Positions 19,060-29,184 of a stretch of 64,000 bases of DNA are shown here, one piece after another. The position numbers were made by a program, and so were the translations under genes. Location of the stretch: assembly GCA_049322655.1 (NCBI GenBank), contig JBMORP010000006.1:448410-512409 (forward strand), in the 5' to 3' direction. The stretch comes from Patescibacteria group bacterium. GTDB taxonomy: Bacteria > Patescibacteriota > Microgenomatia > UBA1400 > PJMF01. The notes under the pieces were generated by a model. The model searched no databases. It was not told the origin of the DNA and was given only the letters and a program-made list of their open reading frames with translations. Position 1 is the stretch's first letter, and every line of letters begins with the position of its first letter.

Positions 19060-19988
19060 TAAAACAAGGCCTCCTGTACCGATGTCTCAAAAGTATCTTG
19101 AGGTAATATTCTAATAAGTGATTTAAAATCCAAATCAATAAATAACTGAGCAACTTTTTCCTTGTCATAAGAATTCACCAAGCAATCATTCAGGGCAAAC
19201 TCAATTGGTGCCGCTGTCACAATCGTGGCTAAACTTTTACTAGCGAAGGCATTGCTTTTGTCTGCTAGTAATTTTTTCTTAACTAATGGAGTAAAGACTG
19301 GATCCTCAACTCCAGTTTCTAAAGCTTGATAAACTCCTTCAACTGTTCCAAACCTTTGAATCAACGCACTCGCTGTTTTGGGACCAATTCCTTTTACACC
19401 AGGAATATTATCTGAACTGTCACCCATTAATCCCTTTAAGTCTGGAACTTGTGCCGGCATCACACCGAGTTTCTCCGTTACTGCTTGAATATCATACTCC
19501 TTATCCTGTTGAAACTTACCTCTAGCTGGTAAATAAACATGAGTATCATTATCAACTAGTTGCAACATATCTTTATCGCCAGTTAAAATTACTGTTAGCA
19601 ACTTTTTATCTAGTGTTTCTACCTTACGATTGATTGTACCGATCAAATCATCCGCCTCGAAACCTTCAACTTCAAATTGGGGAATATTCAAAGCCTTAAC
19701 CACTTCTTTAATCATTTCTACCTGAGGTTGGAGCTCTTCTGGCATCGTTGGTCGATTTGCTTTGTAATCAGCAAACTCTTTGTGTCTGTTGGTAGGTTTA
19801 GGATGGTCAAAAGCCACCGCAATATGAGTTGGTTCTTGTTTATTGATCACTGTTAATAAAATTCTGGAAAAGCCATAAACGGCGTTAATTAATTGACCAG
19901 TCTTAGTGGTTAATTCTTTAGGAAAACCATAAAACGAGCGATAAATCAAAGCATGACCATCAACTAATAAAAAAGTCTTTCGTTCCAT
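19059..19988 (-). CDS. Stand-alone 5'-3' exonuclease / flap endonuclease (Pol I N-terminal domain homologue)
   Basis: LLVDGHALIYRSFY, carboxylate clusters, H3TH region (GIGPKTA); 309 aa with no polymerase domain. Confidence 0.8.
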   Translation of the reverse strand: MERKTFLLVDGHALIYRSFYGFPKELTTKTGQLINAVYGFSRILLTVINKQEPTHIAVAFDHPKPTNRHKEFADYKANRPTMPEELQPQVEMIKEVVKALNIPQFEVEGFEADDLIGTINRKVETLDKKLLTVILTGDKDMLQLVDNDTHVYLPARGKFQQDKEYDIQAVTEKLGVMPAQVPDLKGLMGDSSDNIPGVKGIGPKTASALIQRFGTVEGVYQALETGVEDPVFTPLVKKKLLADKSNAFASKSLATIVTAAPIEFALNDCLVNSYDKEKVAQLFIDLDFKSLIRILPQDTFETSVQEALF

Positions 19989-20021
19989 AGTAATTAACTA
20001 TTTTACCAGGTTGGGTTTTTT

Positions 20022-20471
20022 TTAGATCCTCCATCTTTGCGGAGTTGGTGGAGTTTTATCTTTATTTTTAATCAAAAAATCAAGCTTATGTTTAACAGCA
20101 AGCAATTCATCTTCTGTTCTATCTAGTTTTTCGTGAACTCGACGCCACTCATAATCTTCTTGAACTTGGTTTAAATAAACAGTAATCGTACCAACTAAAG
20201 TACCAAACATTACTGCCCCAGAAAGTTGTAAAACAGCCCCAATAATTCTTCCACCAATTGTGATCGGAACCACATCACCGTAACCAACCGTCGTCACTGT
20301 AGTGATCGCCCACCATAACCCATCAACAGCCGTCTTGATTTGTGAGTTTTCGGCATTTATTTCAAAGGGAATAACTGTCATTCCCGCAAAAATAGTTAAA
20401 CTGAAAATAACTATCAAGATTCGACATAACCGACGAGCCAAAGGAAAACGACGCACAATTGGAGCAGACAT
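20022..20471 (-). CDS. Minimal 2-TM potassium channel (KcsA-like) with C-terminal coiled coil
   Basis: Pore helix plus selectivity filter WWAITTVTTVGYGDVVP; two TM helices; 149 aa. Confidence 0.7.
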   Translation of the reverse strand: MSAPIVRRFPLARRLCRILIVIFSLTIFAGMTVIPFEINAENSQIKTAVDGLWWAITTVTTVGYGDVVPITIGGRIIGAVLQLSGAVMFGTLVGTITVYLNQVQEDYEWRRVHEKLDRTEDELLAVKHKLDFLIKNKDKTPPTPQRWRI

Positions 20472-20514
20472 ACCTTAAATATACTGAAAAACTCAAACGA
20501 GAACAATCTCTGGT

Positions 20515-22461
20515 TTAAGATCTTGTTAGCTCTTTTCTGGCTTTTTTCATTGCCATGACTTTTTCAAACTCATCGCTATCCAAGGTCTCAACTTCCAAAA
20601 GTCTCTTTGTGACAGCATCTAGTTGCTTACGATGTTTTTTCAACAAAGTACTAGCTTTTTGTTGAGCTTGATCAATATATTTTTGAATTTCGGTATCAAC
20701 CTTTTCTTGAAGTTTGGTAGAAATCTTGTGAGGTTCACCCCAAATTCTAGAATAGCTTTTGTCATACTGAGGAGCAAAATTCATTGGACCTAAGTCGCTC
20801 ATACCATACTCCACTACCATGGCTCTAGCCACTCTAGTAGCTCGTTCAATGTCATTGCTCGCTCCAGCTGTCTGCTCGTTATAAACCAACATTTCAGCGG
20901 CTCGACCACCCATCATTACCACCAAGTCATCTAGCATTTCTGATTTGAGTAGCTGAACTTTATCTTTTTCTGGTGGAGTGAAGGTATAACCAAGGGCATG
21001 ACCTCTAGACACAATCGAAATTCGATGTACCGGATCGGCATATGGCAAAACGTGAGCCAACACCGCATGCCCCGCTTCGTGATAAGCAGTCATTTCCCGT
21101 TCATATTCATCATGAAGTCGTTTTTTACTTGGTCCATACTTGACCTTCATCGAGGCTTCTTCGATATCTTCCATATTGATCTCAGCTCTATTTTCTCGAG
21201 CAATGGCAATCGCTGCCTCATTCATCATGTTTTCCAAATCAGCACCAGAAAAACCGACTGTTCGTTTGGCAATTTTTTCCCAAGTTAAATCTTTTGACAA
21301 AGGTTTGCCTTTGGCATGAATCTTTAAGATAAATTTACGTTCTTCCAAGTCTGGTAGAGATACAGTGACCCGACGATCGAATCTACCTGGTCTAACTAAA
21401 GCAGGATCAAGCATATCGCCTCGGTTAGTGGCCGCCATCACAATCACATTTTCATTCCTGGCGAAACCATCCATCTCAACCAAGATTTGGTTAAGAGTTT
21501 GTTCTCGTTCATCATGTCCTCCCATGCTACCTTGACCTCTAACTCGGCCAATTGCGTCAATCTCATCAATAAAAATAATTGCTGGAGCAAGCTTTTTAGC
21601 TGTCTCAAATAAATCACGAACCCGAGAAGCTCCTACGCCAACCAACATTTCCATAAACTCAGAACCGGCAATTGATAAAAACTGCACATTAGCCTCGCCA
21701 GCCACTGCTCTAGCTAATAAAGTTTTACCTGTTCCAGAAGGACCAACCAATAACACTCCTTTAGGAGTTCTCGCCCCAACCTTAATGTATTTTTTGGGAT
21801 GTTTCAAGAAATCAACGATTTCCTGTAACTCTTTCTTGGCTTCATCCATCCCCCCAACATCAGCAAAAGTAACGTTTTGTTTACCTTTAATAAAGACTTT
21901 AGCTTTACTACGACCAATCCCCATAATTCCATCTTGAGTTCCTCTCGCCTGACGAAACATAAACAAGAAAAAGAAAATCATTAACCCAATTGGTAAAAAG
22001 TTAATCACTAACTCCCAAAAAAGCTGTCTGAAAGAAACATTTTCAACTGTGACATCAACAGTAGCAATATCAATGTCAGCTCGATCTAAAACCGACAAAG
22101 CTTCTTGACCTTCTTCTTTGATAGCATATTTTCTGGAATCATCCTTATAAATTCCCCTTAATTCTGTGCTAGAAACTTGAATTTTCTCGACTTTGTCATC
22201 CCTGATATCACGCACTAACTGACTAATCGAGATGTATTCTGCAGGGCTAAAACCAAACAAACTCTTGAGTGATGGCCAGAAGATTAAAAATAAAATCAAG
22301 AAAATGAAACCTTTATTCAAAAGGTTATTTAAATTCATATTAAATTGAAAAACTTTAATATCTTTTGGTAATTTTTGCTTGTTTTGATCTGGTGTAGGTT
22401 TTTTATTAACCTGTTTATTGCCTGGCTTTTCAGTCATAGTGACAGGTATTGTAGCATGCAA
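20515..22461 (-). CDS. ftsH: ATP-dependent zinc metalloprotease FtsH
   Basis: Walker [18 protein letters not shown] zinc motif, N-terminal TM; 648 aa (the true start may be internal). Confidence 0.95.
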   Translation of the reverse strand: MHATIPVTMTEKPGNKQVNKKPTPDQNKQKLPKDIKVFQFNMNLNNLLNKGFIFLILFLIFWPSLKSLFGFSPAEYISISQLVRDIRDDKVEKIQVSSTELRGIYKDDSRKYAIKEEGQEALSVLDRADIDIATVDVTVENVSFRQLFWELVINFLPIGLMIFFFLFMFRQARGTQDGIMGIGRSKAKVFIKGKQNVTFADVGGMDEAKKELQEIVDFLKHPKKYIKVGARTPKGVLLVGPSGTGKTLLARAVAGEANVQFLSIAGSEFMEMLVGVGASRVRDLFETAKKLAPAIIFIDEIDAIGRVRGQGSMGGHDEREQTLNQILVEMDGFARNENVIVMAATNRGDMLDPALVRPGRFDRRVTVSLPDLEERKFILKIHAKGKPLSKDLTWEKIAKRTVGFSGADLENMMNEAAIAIARENRAEINMEDIEEASMKVKYGPSKKRLHDEYEREMTAYHEAGHAVLAHVLPYADPVHRISIVSRGHALGYTFTPPEKDKVQLLKSEMLDDLVVMMGGRAAEMLVYNEQTAGASNDIERATRVARAMVVEYGMSDLGPMNFAPQYDKSYSRIWGEPHKISTKLQEKVDTEIQKYIDQAQQKASTLLKKHRKQLDAVTKRLLEVETLDSDEFEKVMAMKKARKELTRS

Positions 22462-22500
22462 AACAGCTCAAAAAAGTACGACAAACAAAAATAAACAAAA

Positions 22501-22995
22501 TTAACGACTGGGTAATTCTTTACCTAACTTTGAAAAAAGAGCTTCGATTTTTACTTGATGTTTTTCATAAAGTAGCCAAAACTTTGGTGCTGAAAAATAA
22601 TATAAACTCATCAAGTTTCCAATCGAAGATGAATAATTATCTTTTTCTGATAAACCGATATCTCTGGCTCTCCCAATATGTTGAAGATGCCACTCAGCTT
22701 CACAAGAGTAACAATGGAAACGCAAATTATTTAAAGTGTTATAGCGATTAGAACGATGCCCATTTTTTGCCAAAATCTTTGTATGATCCAAATGCCCAAC
22801 CACTCCAGCTGACCCAACCTGCTCGCCACAATTTTCGCACCGACCCCCAGCTCGTTCTCTCACTCCTCTTTTAGCACTATCTGAGGCAGCAGCCAAAGAT
22901 AAACCAACGATAGCACTAACTCCAACCAACCACCACCAGAGTTGATTGGGCGTTTTTTCTTGATTGTTAATAACTGGTAAAAGCTCTTTTCTCAA
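22501..22995 (-). CDS. HNH endonuclease-domain protein with N-terminal transmembrane anchor
   Basis: TM LWWWLVGVSAIVGLSLAAA; HNH core CENCG...GHLDH...NTLNN...HCYSCEAEWH. Confidence 0.6.
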   Translation of the reverse strand: MRKELLPVINNQEKTPNQLWWWLVGVSAIVGLSLAAASDSAKRGVRERAGGRCENCGEQVGSAGVVGHLDHTKILAKNGHRSNRYNTLNNLRFHCYSCEAEWHLQHIGRARDIGLSEKDNYSSSIGNLMSLYYFSAPKFWLLYEKHQVKIEALFSKLGKELPSR

Positions 22996-23024
22996 ACTAG
23001 CTTAACTAGGGCAGTTAGGCATTT

Positions 23025-23360
23025 TTAACGAACAACCGTTCCTGGTTCTACTGTTGGAGTAAGAGCAAAGGGCACTGGTTGGCCCTCTCCATCAGCCATA
23101 ATCATCATCCCTTGACTAACACCCTCGCCCATTTTTCTTTCAGCCAGATTAACAATAAACATATAACTGTTATTGACAAAATCAGCTGGAGAGTACCATT
23201 CTTTGATTCCAGACAAAATCGTTTTAGTCCCGATTTCCGCCCCAAAATCGACCGTAAATTGTAATAACTTTTTACTCCATTCTGGAGCTGTAGCTTCAAC
23301 AACTTTGCCGACTCTAATATCTAATTTTTCAAAATCACTATATTCAATGATTGGTTTCAT
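23025..23360 (-). CDS. tRNA-binding OB-fold protein (Trbp111/CsaA family)
   Basis: 111 aa; KLDIRVGKVVEA...MIMA core resembles the MetRS-C/Trbp111 tRNA-binding domain. Confidence 0.6.
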   Translation of the reverse strand: MKPIIEYSDFEKLDIRVGKVVEATAPEWSKKLLQFTVDFGAEIGTKTILSGIKEWYSPADFVNNSYMFIVNLAERKMGEGVSQGMMIMADGEGQPVPFALTPTVEPGTVVR

Positions 23361-23369
23361 GCTTACTTT

Positions 23370-24392
23370 CTAATTTAATTTATTTTTAATACCAATTACT
23401 TGATAAACTTCTTGCAAAGTTGCTGCCGCTAATTGATTAGCTCTTTGAGCTCCACCAAGCAAAATAGTTTTGACTTGCTCTAGGTTATTAACTAGTTCAA
23501 TTCTTTTTTCACGAGCCTGAGCAAAGGTTCTTTGATGAGCCAAAAACAATTTTTCTTTGACTTCCACATCACCCACCGTCCCAGCCCTATATCTGGCTTT
23601 AAGCTCTTCAACTTCGGCCGCGTTGTCATTTAGCAAATCATGGTAGATAAAGATCGGATTCCCCTCAACCCTACCAGGATCGGTGGCTTTTTTACGATTT
23701 GGATCAGTAAAACAACTCATAATTTGTTGACGAATGATTGCTTCATCCTCAAAAATACCAATTGTGTTTCCAAGAGACTTGCTCATTTTTCTCTGACCAT
23801 CGGTACCAATAATCTTGCCTGATTCTTTACCAATGATCGGTTCTGGTAAAGGAAAAACTTCCTGGTTGTAAGTACGGTTGAAGTTTTCTGCAATATCTCT
23901 GGTCAACTCAATATGTTGTCGTTGATCTTCACCAACTGGGATACCAGTCGGTTTATACAACAAAATATCAGCCGCCATTAAGATTGGATAGTTAAATAAG
24001 CCCATGTTAATCGAACCAACCTTAGTATCCTTTTGCAACTTGTCTTTGAAAGCATGCATCCGTTGCATTTGACCATAAGAAATATAGTTGGCCAAAACTA
24101 CGGCTAACTCACTATGAGCCGAAACCTGAGACTGACGAAAAAAAGCTGATTTTTCTGGATCTAAACCAAGCGCTAAATAATCCAACACTACTCCAGTAAT
24201 ATTGGCTTCTAAAGTTTTCTGGTTGTGAACCGTAGTTAAAGCATGCAAATCTGCCAAAAAATAATAAGTCTCTAACTCTTGGTTATTTTGTAGCTCAATG
24301 TGAGGTTTAACTGCACCAAAATAGTTACCAATATGGAGTGAATTGCCACTAGGCGTGATTCCGGCCAAAATTCTTTGTTTAGTTGTTTTCAT
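23370..24392 (-). CDS. trpS: Tryptophanyl-tRNA synthetase
   Basis: Class I motifs: PSGNSLHIGNY (HIGH variant) and KMSKS; 340 aa. Confidence 0.9.
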   Translation of the reverse strand: MKTTKQRILAGITPSGNSLHIGNYFGAVKPHIELQNNQELETYYFLADLHALTTVHNQKTLEANITGVVLDYLALGLDPEKSAFFRQSQVSAHSELAVVLANYISYGQMQRMHAFKDKLQKDTKVGSINMGLFNYPILMAADILLYKPTGIPVGEDQRQHIELTRDIAENFNRTYNQEVFPLPEPIIGKESGKIIGTDGQRKMSKSLGNTIGIFEDEAIIRQQIMSCFTDPNRKKATDPGRVEGNPIFIYHDLLNDNAAEVEELKARYRAGTVGDVEVKEKLFLAHQRTFAQAREKRIELVNNLEQVKTILLGGAQRANQLAAATLQEVYQVIGIKNKLN

Positions 24393-24439
24393 AAATATTT
24401 TTATCCTAAAAGTTACTAGTCACTAGGCAGCATTATAAA

Positions 24440-25666
24440 TCAAGAATGAAGTAAATTCTCATAAACATTTTCCACATCTTTATCACCTCTGCCTGAGAGA
24501 TTAATTACTACCATTTGGTTTTTACTCAGTTTACTGGCTAGCTTCAAACCATAAGCTATAGCATGAGCTGACTCTAAAGCGGGAATAATACCTTCTTCTC
24601 TAGCCAAAGTTCTGAAAGCCTTGACCGCTTGTTTGTCAGTAATCCCCACTACCTTTAATCTGCCTGCAGATGACAAATGACTTAGCTCTGGGCCAACACC
24701 GGGGTAGTCTAAGCCAGAGGCAGCACTATATGACTCAGCAATCTCACCAGCTTGGTTTTGCAATACATTACAAATAAAACCATGCACAGTCCCTTTCTTA
24801 CCTTTTAATAAAGATAGACCGTGTTTGCCAGATTTAACTCCTTTACCAGCTGGTTCTACTGCCACCAAAGAAACTTTTTCCTCTCGGATAAAATCATAAA
24901 AAGCACCTATTGCATTGGAACCTCCGCCAACACAAGCTACTACATAGTCAGGCAATCTCTTTTCACTAGCCAAAAGTTGAGCTCTAATCTCTTCACCGAC
25001 GATTTTTTGAAAATCTCGTACCATTACTGGGTAGGGATGTGGCCCAACCGCAGAACCCAACATATAGTAAGCAGCTGCCTCTTGTGCATAAGCTTGTAAG
25101 GCCACATCAACTGCATCCTTCAAAGTGCCTTGACCGGAATTAACTGGCACTACTCGGGCACCAAGTAACTTCATTCTAAAAACATTGACTTTTTGATTAT
25201 CAATATCTCTAGCACCCATGTAAACATCACACTTCATACCAAATAAAGCGGCAACCGTAGCTACCGCTACCCCGTGCTGACCAGCTCCAGTCTCAGCAAT
25301 AAGTTTAGTTTTACCCAAACGCTGGGCTAATAATGCTTGGCCAACCGTATTGTTAATTTTGTGAGCACCAGTGTGATTTAAATCTTCACGTTTTAAATAG
25401 ATCTTAGCCCCACCCCTTTTTTGAGTTAGTTTGTGAGCAAAATATAATTTGCTAGGTCGACCCACAAACTCACGATATAGTTTTTTTAACTCTGCTAAAA
25501 AACTTGGATCTTTACTGGCTTGTAGATAAGCCTGTTCCAACTCTTTCAAAACTTGCTCCAAAACCGGTGGTACAAACCGACCACCATAGGCACCAAAAAA
25601 GCCATCACTAGTGGGTTGTTGATAGTGTTTAAAATTAAATTTTGGTTGTTGATTATTTTTTTTCAT
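24440..25666 (-). CDS. trpB: Tryptophan synthase beta chain (orphan: no trpA in window)
   Basis: PLP-enzyme motifs: GAYGGRFVPP, LNHTGAHKINN (PLP lysine), GGGSNAIG; 408 aa. Confidence 0.9.
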   Translation of the reverse strand: MKKNNQQPKFNFKHYQQPTSDGFFGAYGGRFVPPVLEQVLKELEQAYLQASKDPSFLAELKKLYREFVGRPSKLYFAHKLTQKRGGAKIYLKREDLNHTGAHKINNTVGQALLAQRLGKTKLIAETGAGQHGVAVATVAALFGMKCDVYMGARDIDNQKVNVFRMKLLGARVVPVNSGQGTLKDAVDVALQAYAQEAAAYYMLGSAVGPHPYPVMVRDFQKIVGEEIRAQLLASEKRLPDYVVACVGGGSNAIGAFYDFIREEKVSLVAVEPAGKGVKSGKHGLSLLKGKKGTVHGFICNVLQNQAGEIAESYSAASGLDYPGVGPELSHLSSAGRLKVVGITDKQAVKAFRTLAREEGIIPALESAHAIAYGLKLASKLSKNQMVVINLSGRGDKDVENVYENLLHS

Positions 25667-25715
25667 AGTTTCTTTCTTATTCTTATTTTTTATTAATAGT
25701 TTTTTAAAACAAAAA

Positions 25716-25745
25716 ATCCCGGTGAAAACCGGGATTTAAACCTGA
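25716..25745 (-). terminator. Rho-independent terminator (ATCCCGGT-TTTC-ACCGGGAT + T6), bidirectional
   Basis: Perfect 8-bp stem; A-run on one side and T-run on the other. Confidence 0.6.
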
Positions 25746-25845
25746 CAAATCCTCCCTGTTTCACCACAAGTATTTACTGCTCCACCAATTTAAATAATTA
25801 TTTACTTTCATTTTTTATTTTTTCCTTCTTAAAACACAAATACAA

Positions 25846-25874
25846 AAAAACCCCTTTATATGGGGGTCTTCATG
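25846..25874 (-). terminator. Second terminator-like hairpin (ACCCC...GGGGT + T7) downstream of the recombinase gene
   Basis: Seen directly on the minus strand. Confidence 0.4.
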
Positions 25875-25992
25875 TAGTAATAACTTTAATAAACAAAAAA
25901 TCCTACCCCCAATTTATTTGGAGTTTAGCCAACAAGCTAAAGTAAGATTTTGATTAAACATTATTTTTTAATTCTAACTAAAGATTTAGCTT

Positions 25993-26880
25993 TTACAACT
26001 CCTCAATTTGAACATTAGGGTTCAAATCTGGAGATTCAATTAATTCTAAGTATTTTTCAGTAGTGGTGATTCTTTTGTGACCAACTAATTGAGAAACATA
26101 AACCAAAGGAGTGCTAGCTTTTAATTGCTCGACAATAAAAGTATGGCGTAAATCATTCACCTTGGCATCTTTAATCCCAGCTAATCTAAAGTAACGATCA
26201 ATAGCGGTACGAATGTTTCTCACCAAAAATGGTCTGCAGGTTTTAGTCAAGAATACAGTTTTTTCTTTAGCTCTTGGACGAACTTTTAGATAATCTATCA
26301 AGGCTTTTTTGGCAGCCTTGTTCAAAGGTACTTTTCTCTCTTCTCTGGAGTTTTGAGCTCTAATCAATAAAATACCTCTTTCAAGATCTACATCTTCTTG
26401 GGATAAAGCAGCTAACTCACTAATTCTCATGCCAGTTTGAAGTAATAGTTCAACAATCGCAAAAATACGCATATCACCTCGACAAGCATCACGAAGAGCT
26501 CGGTATTCCAATTTAGTTAAAACTCGAGGAGGAGCTTGATCTATCTTAGGATGGGAAACTGACCCTGCTGGATTAACCTCAACGATTCCTTCGCCAATCA
26601 AATAACGAAAAAATGATTTGATAGAGTTAATTTTTCTAGAGACAGATTTACTGGTATATCTTTTTTGTTTCAAGTCGCTTTTAAAAGCATCAATATCATC
26701 AGTCGTAACTTCAGCTACCAAAGTTTTACCTTTATCACCTACAAATTGAACTAATTGCTCGATGTCTTTGCTATAAGCAATCACAGTAGCATTAGCCTTA
26801 CCTTTTTCTCGAAGGCTTTTTTCAAATTTGGCATGGGCATCAACTAACACTGTTTGTTGCATATTTTTTTCTTTCCTCAC
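25993..26880 (-). CDS. Tyrosine recombinase, XerC/XerD-like
   Basis: N-terminal SAM-like core-binding domain; catalytic R (GMRISELAAL), H-x-x-R (LRHTF), Y (GHKRITTTEKY); 295 aa. Confidence 0.8.
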   Translation of the reverse strand: MRKEKNMQQTVLVDAHAKFEKSLREKGKANATVIAYSKDIEQLVQFVGDKGKTLVAEVTTDDIDAFKSDLKQKRYTSKSVSRKINSIKSFFRYLIGEGIVEVNPAGSVSHPKIDQAPPRVLTKLEYRALRDACRGDMRIFAIVELLLQTGMRISELAALSQEDVDLERGILLIRAQNSREERKVPLNKAAKKALIDYLKVRPRAKEKTVFLTKTCRPFLVRNIRTAIDRYFRLAGIKDAKVNDLRHTFIVEQLKASTPLVYVSQLVGHKRITTTEKYLELIESPDLNPNVQIEEL

Positions 26881-26992
26881 ATCTAGTGGAAAACTTAATT
26901 CTCACCAGTGTATGATGTGGGGCAGCTATTTATTTAATTTTCGAATAACTAGCGTCTTATAATATCATATTTAAGGATTTTTAGCAACCATC

Positions 26993-27352
26993 ATGAGAGA
27001 GATATTACAAAAACCGCTAATAATCATTATTGTGACGATTATAGCATTATTTTTCTTGATCTCTCTAAGAAAAACAGCATCAAAGAGTATCGTTTCACAA
27101 AAAAATATAGAGTTGCTGGAACAAAAGCTCCAGGATATAAATAACCAAGTTATAAATGAAGAAAAAGCTCTGAATATTGCGTCCTCAGAGTTTGAAAAAG
27201 AAAAAATTATTAGAGATGAATTATTACTGCAAAAACCTGGGGAATACATTCTTCAAATTCCTCTGGAAACAAATACTTACTCAAGTAATAATAACCCCAA
27301 TCAAGAGACACCTTTAGAAGCCTGGAAAGAACTATTTACCAATGAAAAATAA
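26993..27352 (+). CDS. FtsB/DivIC-like septum formation initiator (TM plus coiled coil)
   Basis: N-terminal TM; coiled coil; EKIIRDELLLQKPGEYILQIP resembles the FtsB [21 protein letters not shown]. Confidence 0.5.
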   Translation: MREILQKPLIIIIVTIIALFFLISLRKTASKSIVSQKNIELLEQKLQDINNQVINEEKALNIASSEFEKEKIIRDELLLQKPGEYILQIPLETNTYSSNNNPNQETPLEAWKELFTNEK

Positions 27353-28277
27353 ACCTCCCAAATTAACCGGTAAAACTGCATTTTTAACTTATTATCAGCA
27401 ATTTTTTAATGATGAAAAAGAATTCTCTGATTGGCAAAAAGCCTTAGAAACACCAACCTTACCTATCTTAAGATTTAACCCAAATGATGAACAACTACTA
27501 AAAGAATTGTGGCAGCAAGCTGGCTTAACTTGGAAAACTCTATCTTGGTATAACTATGCTCTAATCTGGCCTAAAGAAGCTCCAGTCAAAACGATTTTAC
27601 CAGGTTTTAAAGGAAAACTTTTTTATCCGATGAATGCAGCTTCTTTGCTACCTGTTTTGGCTTTGGGAGCTGGACCAGGAGATCTCGTCTTGGACGCCTG
27701 TGCTGCCCCAGGTGGCAAAGCGATGGTCATTGATGATTTTCTCGACAGAAAAGGACACCTAATAGCTAATGATTTATCGAGTGGTCGCCGAGGTACTATG
27801 AGACAAATTTTTGCTGATTACCATAAAGAACATATTGAGGTATGGGGACAAAAAGCAGAAACTTTATTTTATAAATATCCCAATTACTTTGATAAAGTTT
27901 TAATTGACGCTCCCTGTAGTAGTGAAAAACACATCCTTAACGAGGAAAAAGAACTTAAAAAATGGAGTGAAAACAGAGTTAAAACTCTGGCCAAACGTCA
28001 AAAAAATCTACTCAAAGCTGTTTGGCAAACACTTAAGCCTGAAGGAGTAATGGTTTATTCTACTTGTGCCGTTACTCCAGAGGAAAATGAAGAGGTCGTG
28101 AGCGATTTCTTGCAAAATAACCGTGATGCTCAACTGCAACCAATTACCTTAGATATTGGCCAGGCTGGTTTAAAAAACTATGTCCATGGTTTTGATGAAA
28201 AACTAGTGAAAAGAATTCAACCTCAGTTGGATAATTTAGATCCAATGTTTGTAGCTAAATTTAAAAAAATTAAGTAA
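27342..28277 (+). CDS. RsmB/RsmF (NOP2/Sun)-family rRNA cytosine-C5 methyltransferase
   Basis: SAM motif DACAAPGGK; catalytic DAPCSSE and YSTCA (two Cys motifs). Confidence 0.8.
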   Translation: MKNKPPKLTGKTAFLTYYQQFFNDEKEFSDWQKALETPTLPILRFNPNDEQLLKELWQQAGLTWKTLSWYNYALIWPKEAPVKTILPGFKGKLFYPMNAASLLPVLALGAGPGDLVLDACAAPGGKAMVIDDFLDRKGHLIANDLSSGRRGTMRQIFADYHKEHIEVWGQKAETLFYKYPNYFDKVLIDAPCSSEKHILNEEKELKKWSENRVKTLAKRQKNLLKAVWQTLKPEGVMVYSTCAVTPEENEEVVSDFLQNNRDAQLQPITLDIGQAGLKNYVHGFDEKLVKRIQPQLDNLDPMFVAKFKKIK

Positions 28278-28290
28278 AATTCAGAGTAAG

Positions 28291-28533
28291 TTATTTATTA
28301 ACATCTGTAGCATCCAAATCAGCAATAAACTTTTCTAGTTTGGGTAAATTTTCCTCATAAAACTGTTCAGCATTCTTCACTTCCAAAGCTAAGAATTGAC
28401 CTAAATTGTTAATGTCTTCCTCTGACATCTGAGGAATTTTATAAACTAATTCTGGTTTTTTGGCCTCATCAAGCAAAATACTTTGACGGATTAAAACCTC
28501 TAAAGCTTGTTTTTTTTCTTCTAAAGTCGGCAT
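28291..28533 (-). CDS. Hypothetical protein (80 aa)
   Basis: ORF with typical codon usage; no recognisable motif. Confidence 0.35.
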   Translation of the reverse strand: MPTLEEKKQALEVLIRQSILLDEAKKPELVYKIPQMSEEDINNLGQFLALEVKNAEQFYEENLPKLEKFIADLDATDVNK

Positions 28534-28541
28534 ACTCCTCC

Positions 28542-29162
28542 TTAAGCGGTTGCTGGTAAAAACATTGAAGCCGCTTTTTGTACTTGTTCAGACTTAACTA
28601 CTGCTTGATGAGTTCGCCAAATTTCCTGAGCCCGTTTTAGTCCTTCTTTCATTCTAGGTAAATCTTTAACAAATTGAAAACCAGTTTCAATAATATGAGA
28701 AGGCATGACCCCACCAGTAAATAATTCCAAAATTTCTGATCCCCAAGCGATCCCTTTACTCACGTCAGGGGTCAAATCAAATTTTGTTAATTTAGCCAAA
28801 TCAACCCCCAAAGAAACTACTTCTCCAATTCCAGGAATAGCATCAACTACAGAAACTCCCAAATTTAATAAAGTCCTAGTAAAAGCCAAGAGTGATTCTT
28901 TAACTTTTTCATCTTTGAGCATTTTGCTTAATAAAAAATTGCTCTCTTGTTTAGTTTGAAAAAGTTCACCAAAGTGGTTAGCTAATTCTTTAAGACCAGT
29001 TTTGACAAATTCAGGAATTTTTTTAAAGGTAGCAGATTCCTGACTAATAACTCGTTCTGATTCTTTCATAAAAACATCATTATCATACCTCAAAAAGAGG
29101 TAACCATGCCAACTTAAAGCTTGGTCAGATTCGATTTGATTAAAATCAAACACTATCCTCAT
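28542..29162 (-). CDS. Hypothetical protein (206 aa)
   Basis: ORF; no recognisable motif; 8-nt spacing to the downstream ORF. Confidence 0.45.
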   Translation of the reverse strand: MRIVFDFNQIESDQALSWHGYLFLRYDNDVFMKESERVISQESATFKKIPEFVKTGLKELANHFGELFQTKQESNFLLSKMLKDEKVKESLLAFTRTLLNLGVSVVDAIPGIGEVVSLGVDLAKLTKFDLTPDVSKGIAWGSEILELFTGGVMPSHIIETGFQFVKDLPRMKEGLKRAQEIWRTHQAVVKSEQVQKAASMFLPATA

Positions 29163-29184
29163 CAGTCACAAGCTATTAAAACAG

